Below, piece by piece: positions 57,646-64,000 of a stretch of 64,000 nt of DNA (position 1 is its first letter; each line of letters starts with the position of its first letter). The notes under the pieces were generated by a model. It was not told the origin of the DNA. It was given only the letters and a program-made list of their open reading frames with translations, and did not search any database. Position numbers and translations under genes: made by a program. Where the stretch lies: positions 2,176,001 to 2,240,000 of the forward strand of contig OZ271854.1 of the NCBI GenBank assembly GCA_965601925.1, given 5' to 3'. Origin of the DNA: Alkalispirochaeta sp. (GTDB lineage Bacteria; Spirochaetota; Spirochaetia; DSM-27196; Alkalispirochaetaceae).

Positions 57646-58974
57646 TCATCCTCGCTGCGGTACGACGAGCCGCCCCCGCGTCTCGTCGGTGACGGGGCGG
57701 CCGCGCAAAAGCACCCGACGAATCGTCCCACGCAGCGCTTGCCCGACGTAGGGACTGAGCTTGTGTTTGTCTCGGAGTTCCCCGTCGGTAAGCGGCGCCG
57801 GCGCGGTGTCCTCGACGATCACGAAGTCGGCGTCGTTCCCTACCTCGATCGAGCCTTTGCCGGGAAGCCGAAAGCGGTACGCCGGCATCTCGGCGAGCGT
57901 CTGCGCGATCCGCGGGAGCGGCACGTCCAAGGTCATGAGGGTGCGGAGGGTCGTCTGTACGCCGGCGATGCCGCCCCAGACGTCGAAGAAGTCATCGCGA
58001 TCCTTGAGATCCGCCGACGAGGGGGAGTGGTCGGACCCGACGGTATCGATCCGCCCGGCGATCAGTTCCTGTAGGAGCGCCCGGCGCGTCGCATCGTCCC
58101 TCAAGGGCGGCGCGCATTTTGCTCGCGGACCGATCGATTCCATGTCGCGATCGGTGAAGAAGAGATAGTGGGGGCACGTCTCGCACGATGCGTCCACTCC
58201 GTGTTGTGATGCGGCGCGGCGAACAAGCTCCACCCCTCGCCGGTTGGAGACGTGGACGATATGGACGCTGCACCCCGTCTCCTCGGCGTAGAGCAGCGCG
58301 CGACCGATCGCCTCCAACTCGGCGATCACGGGACGACTCTCGAGAAACGCGCGTACATCACGACGCCCCTCGCCGCGTAGCGTTGCGGTAAGGGTCGCGG
58401 TCATGGAGGCGCTTTCGGCGTGGAGGAGCACCGGCAGTCCGACTCCGGCGGCGATCTCCATGCCGCGGTAGAGCGTCACGTCGTCGGCATGGGTGAAGTC
58501 GTCGATACCGCTGGGGCACATGAACGCCTTAAATCCCGCAACGCCGCGATCGGCAAGCTCCTCCATATGCGGGAGGCTCTCGGGTGTGAGGCCGCCGTAG
58601 AGGGCGAAGTCGGTACGCGATCGAGCGTCGCACACGGCGCGTTTGGCGTCAAAGGCCGGGCCGTCCAGCGTCGGAGGCGATGAGTTGAGCGGCATATCGA
58701 TGAAGCAGACGCCCCCTCCGGCGGCAAGGGCGGCGGAGCCGGTGGCGACTCCCTCCCAGTGTGCACGCCCCGGATCGTTGAAGTGCACGTGCGAATCGAT
58801 CACGCCGGGAAAGACGAGCAAACCACGCGCATCGATTTCTTCGGGAGGGTTCGGTCCCGACGCTATTTCCGGCGCGAGCTCGACGATGCGTCCCCCGGCA
58901 ACGCCGATGTCCGTGCGTTCGATACCACTTCCGCGAACGACGTGCCCTCCGCGAACGAGTAGATCGTAGTTCAC
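57646..58974 (-). CDS. allB: Allantoinase
   Basis: DSHVHFNDPG, DMPLNSSPP, ETCPHYL, SDHSP; operon context. Confidence 0.93.
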   Translation of the reverse strand: MNYDLLVRGGHVVRGSGIERTDIGVAGGRIVELAPEIASGPNPPEEIDARGLLVFPGVIDSHVHFNDPGRAHWEGVATGSAALAAGGGVCFIDMPLNSSPPTLDGPAFDAKRAVCDARSRTDFALYGGLTPESLPHMEELADRGVAGFKAFMCPSGIDDFTHADDVTLYRGMEIAAGVGLPVLLHAESASMTATLTATLRGEGRRDVRAFLESRPVIAELEAIGRALLYAEETGCSVHIVHVSNRRGVELVRRAASQHGVDASCETCPHYLFFTDRDMESIGPRAKCAPPLRDDATRRALLQELIAGRIDTVGSDHSPSSADLKDRDDFFDVWGGIAGVQTTLRTLMTLDVPLPRIAQTLAEMPAYRFRLPGKGSIEVGNDADFVIVEDTAPAPLTDGELRDKHKLSPYVGQALRGTIRRVLLRGRPVTDETRGRLVVPQRG

Positions 58975-58976
58975 GC

Positions 58977-59351
58977 TCAGCTTCCTCGATAGGTGCTGTA
59001 CGACCAGGGCGTCACCAAAAGCGGCACGTGATATCCCACCTCCGTGTCGGCAATGCGGAACTCGATAACGACGCGCTCCAAGAACACGCCCGCATCGGGG
59101 TGGCGACGAGCGCGATAATAGTCGCCCACCGCAAAGACGAGGCGCCATGCGCCGGCGCGTACCGCGTTACCGGCAAGCAGAGGGGTATCGGTGCGACCGT
59201 CGGTGTTTGTGGTCGCCCGTGCAACGAGCGTATCGCCGCCGGACTCGTCCCGACTCGATGATGCTCCGAGGTACCACGCCTCGATCGCGACGCCCTCCGC
59301 AGGGTGTCCCAATGCGGTATCCAGGACGTGAGTACTCAGTCTCCCGCTCAC
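58977..59351 (-). CDS. uraH: 5-hydroxyisourate hydrolase
   Basis: LSTHVLD...YHVPLL...YSTYRGS. Confidence 0.95.
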   Translation of the reverse strand: MSGRLSTHVLDTALGHPAEGVAIEAWYLGASSSRDESGGDTLVARATTNTDGRTDTPLLAGNAVRAGAWRLVFAVGDYYRARRHPDAGVFLERVVIEFRIADTEVGYHVPLLVTPWSYSTYRGS

Positions 59352-60226
59352 CGACTCGCCTCGCGGGACACGGTACCGGTGATAATGCCGAAGGGTGAAT
59401 CGGTGCCGAAGTAGATCTCGTCCGGATTCTCCAGCCCGAGCGGCGATAGGTCGAATCGGATGTGGTGCTGATTGGGCATGGTAAACGTGATGCCGTCTAT
59501 CTCGGGAACCGCCTCGAGCACGCTCTCGCCCATGCGATAGAGCGTCGCCTGAACGCTCTTGCTCTCGTGGGTTGCAAAGATGGTGGCGACCGAATCGTAG
59601 ACGCGAGACCATATCGCGTTCCAGTCGGGACTCTTCGTGTCGACGGTTTCCACCGGGGTGTGCTCGGCCGCGATGTTCCACTCCGCCTCGACGGTAGTGG
59701 CGAAGATACGCTCGTCGGTCTCCGCCAACGTCGTATACTCGTCGCGGTAGAAGCCGGAGAAGCCGGATCCGGAGCTCTTGAAGACCTCCAACCCCGAGAT
59801 TCCTCCCCGCACCGAGAGGGCCTCGGCGTCGCGGCGTACCGTCGCGGTACGCTTTCCGTGCGCTTTTACAAAGGAGTGAGCGTGAGGCCGACCGTCCACC
59901 ACGATCCGCTCCCACCGCTCCATAACGATCGACGCTTCGACCCCGAAAACTTGAGGGAAGCGGGTGAAAAATCGATCGCAGAGGGCGATTCCGAACCGTT
60001 CCGGTGCGTCGAAATCGGTCAGGTGCGCGACGGCGTATACGGTGTTTTTCATCGTGTCCGTGGGGACGCAGGCCGAGTTGTCTCCATCCGTGTAGATCGC
60101 CGCGAAATCACCACGGAGGGTGATTTCCACCGTGTACTCGTGTACGGAGTGTGAGCTGTCGGTCCGAATAACCTTGGTGAGTCGCACCCGTTGTTTGCCG
60201 TACGAGTTATCGGTCAGATGAGCCAT
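59348..60226 (-). CDS. pucL: Urate oxidase (uricase)
   Basis: YGK, PTDTMKNT, SKSVQ, MPNQH. Confidence 0.95.
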   Translation of the reverse strand: MAHLTDNSYGKQRVRLTKVIRTDSSHSVHEYTVEITLRGDFAAIYTDGDNSACVPTDTMKNTVYAVAHLTDFDAPERFGIALCDRFFTRFPQVFGVEASIVMERWERIVVDGRPHAHSFVKAHGKRTATVRRDAEALSVRGGISGLEVFKSSGSGFSGFYRDEYTTLAETDERIFATTVEAEWNIAAEHTPVETVDTKSPDWNAIWSRVYDSVATIFATHESKSVQATLYRMGESVLEAVPEIDGITFTMPNQHHIRFDLSPLGLENPDEIYFGTDSPFGIITGTVSREASR

Positions 60227-60764
60227 GTTCGTCCTCCTTGATGGCATCGGTCATTCTGAGCCACGCGATTTGGCCTATTTCGCCCAGTGCGGTGCCGATT
60301 TCGGTCGCGCGATCATTATTGAGCCGTATCGGAAAAGCGTTCAGAATCGCCTCTTTTCGGTTTTTGCGGGCACAGATTACGAAGGGAAAGCCGAACCGCT
60401 CGCGATACGCCGCGTTGTAGCGTTCAAACGCCGCTATCTCGTCGTCTTCGAGGGCGTCGAGGCCCGCCGCCGCCTGTTCGGAGGTAGACTCGCGACCGAG
60501 CCTCCCCTCCTGTGCGAGGCTCCCCACGAGGTCCGGGTGTGCATTAATGAGTGCGAGCCTCCGGTCGGTCGGTGCGTGCTCAACCACCTCCAGGCACGCG
60601 GCGTGAAACGCTCGCAGGGATGCGAAGGGTCGATGTGCGAGAGCGGCCTCAACGATCCACGGCGAATGTTCGAAGAAACCGCCGCAGAGACGGAGCGCTT
60701 CGGACATATCCATTGCGTTGAGCTCTTCCATCGTGATCGAAGTCGGATACGGGGTGGCGTTCAT
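60207..60764 (-). CDS. uraD: OHCU decarboxylase
   Basis: FEHSPW, AHPDL, SEQ..AGL, FGFPFVIC. Confidence 0.95.
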   Translation of the reverse strand: MNATPYPTSITMEELNAMDMSEALRLCGGFFEHSPWIVEAALAHRPFASLRAFHAACLEVVEHAPTDRRLALINAHPDLVGSLAQEGRLGRESTSEQAAAGLDALEDDEIAAFERYNAAYRERFGFPFVICARKNRKEAILNAFPIRLNNDRATEIGTALGEIGQIAWLRMTDAIKEDEHGSSDR

Positions 60765-60831
60765 CGGCGACGCTCCTCACCTACCGTCGCGATGTCGAGT
60801 TCGCCTGCGTGCGCGCGATGGGTGGTACCCT

Positions 60832-62163
60832 TCATCGAGGTTCTCCTCCGCCGGGCGTATCGGACGGAGCGACACCCTCCGGGTGGGCTGCGATCGTGCG
60901 GGCTAATACACGTGCGGCCAAGGCGATGTCCTCGGGCCGACTGAACTCCGCCGGGTTGTGGCTGATGCCGTCCCGGCTGGCGACGAATACCATCGCGGTA
61001 GGCAGGTGCGGCGCCAGTATCGCCGCGTCGTGGAGCGCCCCGCTCGCCACCGTCGGCATCTCCTCCCCGATTTCCACGGCGCTCGTGCGCAGCGCGTTAC
61101 AGATGTGCTCATCCAGAGGAGCGGGCGCGATCCTCTCGCTTCGTGAGATCGATATCGCGAGACGTCGTTTCTCGGCGGCTAAATGGACGAAACGGCGAAT
61201 TTCGGTCTCGCCGCGCTCCAACATCGACTCCTCGCGGGCGCGGAAGTCGATGGTAAGTCGCACTTCGCCGGCGATCACGTTGACCGCGTTGGGAGCCGCG
61301 GTGATGGACCCCACCGTGAGTACCGTAAAGGGCAGCTCCCGCGCAAAACGGCGTCCCATATCTTCCAGTATGGCGATGATCTCCGCCGCACCCGCCAAAG
61401 CGTCTCGCCGGCCCTCCATCCCAGTGGAACCCGCGTGATTCGCTTGGCCGGTAAGGGCGAGATCGAACTGCCTTCTCCCGTTGATCCGATTGACCGCCGC
61501 GATGGAACGCTCGGTGTCCCACAGGTGTAGCCCCTGCTCGGCGTGAATCTCTACAAAGCCGACGTACCGCGAGGCGTCGAAGCGTTGCGTCCACCCGGTC
61601 CCGGCTTCAATCGGCGGCGTGGGTTGAAGGAGGTGCTCTTGTACACCGTGATCGACTCCGGCCTCCAAATAGGTCGAGCCGTGGCGATTCTTAACCGTCG
61701 AGAGCGTCTCTACCCCGATCGCACCGGTCCACGCGCGGCTTCCGAGCATCCCAAGGCCGAAGGTGGTCCCCTCTTCCTCGGCGAATATGACGATCTCCAG
61801 GGGCAACGCCGGATTCGAACGCACGATCTCCAGCGGGACCACAATGCCCATCACACCGTCGTATTTGCCGCCTGAAGGGACCGAATCGATGTGCGACCCC
61901 GAGAGCCAGACGGGACGATCCCATCCGACATCCTTGTGGCGGATGTGTACGTTTCCCGCCGCATCCACGACGTGTTCCGCCCCTGCGGAGGCGGCCCGAG
62001 AGATGACGTAGTCGCGCGCCTCGCGCCACGAAGAAGAAAATGTCGGCCGGCTGTGTCCGACATCGGGCGGACTCTCGGAGAAGCGGGCGATCGCCTCGAT
62101 ATCGGCGTGGATTCGCTCCGCACTCGGTGCGTCGCCCCCGAGGGTTCCCGTGTGGTCGGTCAT
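60832..62163 (-). CDS. Allantoate amidohydrolase (M20 family)
   Basis: GSHIDSV..GG.YDG, EEEG, EIHAEQG, HAG, SGALHDA, SHNP.E. Confidence 0.88.
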   Translation of the reverse strand: MTDHTGTLGGDAPSAERIHADIEAIARFSESPPDVGHSRPTFSSSWREARDYVISRAASAGAEHVVDAAGNVHIRHKDVGWDRPVWLSGSHIDSVPSGGKYDGVMGIVVPLEIVRSNPALPLEIVIFAEEEGTTFGLGMLGSRAWTGAIGVETLSTVKNRHGSTYLEAGVDHGVQEHLLQPTPPIEAGTGWTQRFDASRYVGFVEIHAEQGLHLWDTERSIAAVNRINGRRQFDLALTGQANHAGSTGMEGRRDALAGAAEIIAILEDMGRRFARELPFTVLTVGSITAAPNAVNVIAGEVRLTIDFRAREESMLERGETEIRRFVHLAAEKRRLAISISRSERIAPAPLDEHICNALRTSAVEIGEEMPTVASGALHDAAILAPHLPTAMVFVASRDGISHNPAEFSRPEDIALAARVLARTIAAHPEGVAPSDTPGGGEPR

Positions 62164-63143
62164 ACGCCGAACTGGTCGCGCCATTCGGCGCCGGTCTGTT
62201 CCATCGTGCTCTCGGCCGCGGAACGCCGCAGGCGGTGAAGTTGGGGCATGCCCAACTGCCACTCCTGCATCCAATCTCGGGCAAAGATGCCTCGTTCGGT
62301 TTCGCGAAAGATCTCGCGCACGGCGTCGTCGTTAATGACGCGAGGACCCCGGGTCCGGACCGCGAACTCGCAGGTACGGCTGGAGCGTGTAGTGAGGTAG
62401 CTTTCGATACCGTGCTCGTCCATGACGTCGATGACGCTTCGCAGAGAACGGATCGACTTGGCGTAGGCGAAACTCGGCGCGTACCCGTTGTCCACCATCG
62501 TTTGAAAGCACAGCCGCATGAGGTGTATGACCCCACCGTAGAGAATCTGCTCCTCGAAGTTGTCGCCCTCGGTCTCGTGCTGAAAGGTGAGGTTTACCAC
62601 ACCTGCGCGCGTCGAGCCGACCGCCTTGGAAAGTGCGAGGGCGATCTCGAGTGCGTCGCCGGTCGCGTCGTGGTCGACGCTGACGCAGCCGTAGATACCC
62701 TCGCCCTTGAGATACTTCTCTCGCACGAACGCTCCCGGGGCGTTCGGGACGAACAGCACCGTGTTCACGTCCTCGGGCGGTACGATTGCGCCGTACAGCA
62801 CATTGAAGCCGTGACAGAAGCACAATGTCTGACCCGCCCGTAGATTGGCCTTGATATGATCGCGATAGACCGCCGGTTGGGCGGGGTCGGCGAGTTCGAT
62901 TAACACGATGTCCGCCTTACGAACGGCATTAGCGTAGTCGAAGACTTCGAACCCGTCGGCCTCGGCCGCGTCTCGTGACGCACTCTCGCCCGCCGGTCTC
63001 GTTCCTACCACGACCGTGCATCCCGAGTCGCGGGCGTTGGTAGCCTGAGCCTTTCCCTGAATACCGTAGCCCAGGACCGCCAACACTTTGCCGTCGAGTA
63101 TCGAAAGGTCCACGTCCTCGTCGCGATAAATTTTCTCGTCCAT
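62160..63143 (-). CDS. Divergent ketol-acid reductoisomerase-like (IlvC-like) oxidoreductase
   Basis: GYGIQG Rossmann fold, HGFN, TF.HETE.D.F.EQ; embedded in the purine operon. Confidence 0.8.
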   Translation of the reverse strand: MDEKIYRDEDVDLSILDGKVLAVLGYGIQGKAQATNARDSGCTVVVGTRPAGESASRDAAEADGFEVFDYANAVRKADIVLIELADPAQPAVYRDHIKANLRAGQTLCFCHGFNVLYGAIVPPEDVNTVLFVPNAPGAFVREKYLKGEGIYGCVSVDHDATGDALEIALALSKAVGSTRAGVVNLTFQHETEGDNFEEQILYGGVIHLMRLCFQTMVDNGYAPSFAYAKSIRSLRSVIDVMDEHGIESYLTTRSSRTCEFAVRTRGPRVINDDAVREIFRETERGIFARDWMQEWQLGMPQLHRLRRSAAESTMEQTGAEWRDQFGV

Positions 63144-63155
63144 CGGTGCCTCCTG

Positions 63156-63968
63156 TTACTCCCCCAACGCGATTTCGCGGTTGACGTTTTTGTAGTAGAT
63201 ATAGCGTGTGGCGGTAGGGCCGGTTGCGTAGTAGCTCTGGGGGCAAAATGGTCCCATCCATATGAAGTCGCTCGCCTCCACCTCCATCCATGCATCGTCC
63301 AAGTAGTAGAGTCCCTTCCCCCCAAGAACGTATAGGCCGTGCTCCATCACGTGCGTTTCGGTCACCGGTAGGCTGTGGCCGGTCTGAAAGGTGAAGATGT
63401 TCATCGCCATGTCAAAGGCGAGCTCGTCGGGGATGAGGGTTTGGAGTAGCGCCCCCTCATCGCCCATGTAGACCTCGCCGGCCACATCGCGCTCGTTCGC
63501 AATGACGGGAGCAAACTCGTCGATACCCGGCGCCGTCTCGTACCGTTTTCGTAAGAGGAGGAGTGTGGCGTCGTCGGTCGCTTCAACCCGATATCCGTAC
63601 GACGGCGGGATCAGGGCGTAGCCGCCGGGGGCTACGGTATGGGGACCGAGGGCGGTGTGGTGTGACGACGCATCGCCGGTGAAGCCCACTACGCCGCGAC
63701 CGCCTGAAAGGGTAAGACGCGCGCTGCCGCTCAAAAGAAAGATAAAGTGCTCGATCTCGCCGTCGCTCGGATGCTCTCCCACCGCTCCCGCATCGAGCTC
63801 CAGTCGATATTCGACGAACTGGGCCCCCAGAGCCGGTGCTGCCAAGATGTGTACCCGCGCCTCGGGCCACTCCGGAAGTCTGGAGTACGGAACACCTTCC
63901 AAGGGGATCAATGCGTAGCGCGCCTTTACGCGCGTTCGACTCGTCAAAAGCTCGGTCTGTTTTCTCAC
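63156..63968 (-). CDS. allE: (S)-ureidoglycine aminohydrolase
   Basis: Bicupin; ETHVMEHGLY, PFCPQ, YIYYKNVNR. Start lies near the window edge. Confidence 0.92.
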   Translation of the reverse strand: MRKQTELLTSRTRVKARYALIPLEGVPYSRLPEWPEARVHILAAPALGAQFVEYRLELDAGAVGEHPSDGEIEHFIFLLSGSARLTLSGGRGVVGFTGDASSHHTALGPHTVAPGGYALIPPSYGYRVEATDDATLLLLRKRYETAPGIDEFAPVIANERDVAGEVYMGDEGALLQTLIPDELAFDMAMNIFTFQTGHSLPVTETHVMEHGLYVLGGKGLYYLDDAWMEVEASDFIWMGPFCPQSYYATGPTATRYIYYKNVNREIALGE

Positions 63969-64000
63969 TTGTATAGCATCCTTTCGAGCATGATTTCTGA

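Noticed and set aside
25748..64000. Many long overlapping alternative ORFs
   Set aside because: Expected shadow ORFs in high-GC DNA opposite or overlapping well-supported genes.

Overview
Bacterial chromosomal window with a GC-rich backbone. The 'AGGQxE' solute-binding signal peptide and several lipoproteins suggest a spirochaete, but that is inference. About 0.75-25.3 kb is a minus-strand integron-type cassette array: seven attC sites in two families, one degenerate attC half-site, a candidate attI at ~25.3 kb and possibly a decayed intI 5' remnant, with no intact integrase in the window. Cargo is defence-rich: Lamassu, a Ppl-like PHP-ATPase, an uncharacterised HEPN two-gene cassette and four toxin-antitoxin pairs. 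Two unusual systems stand out. (1) Three identical IS1182-family copies each sit exactly at the GTT of an attC R'' box and leave the attC essentially intact. (2) Three unrelated TA pairs are each followed by the same ~110-150 bp covarying hairpin with c(GNA)g triloops and a split sigma70 promoter, resembling a single-stranded-DNA promoter/priming signal on the attC bottom strand. In two copies it precedes an 88-aa RHH-like/Cys-rich ORF and a second conserved hairpin. The rest (25.7-64 kb) is metabolic and regulatory: ABC exporter, hemerythrin, beta-glucuronidase ABC operon, GGDEF-EAL protein, lipoproteins, AAA-ATPase histidine kinase with a sigma54 regulator, and a urate/allantoin operon containing a divergent IlvC-like enzyme. 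All calls come from motif recognition by eye; no searches were run.
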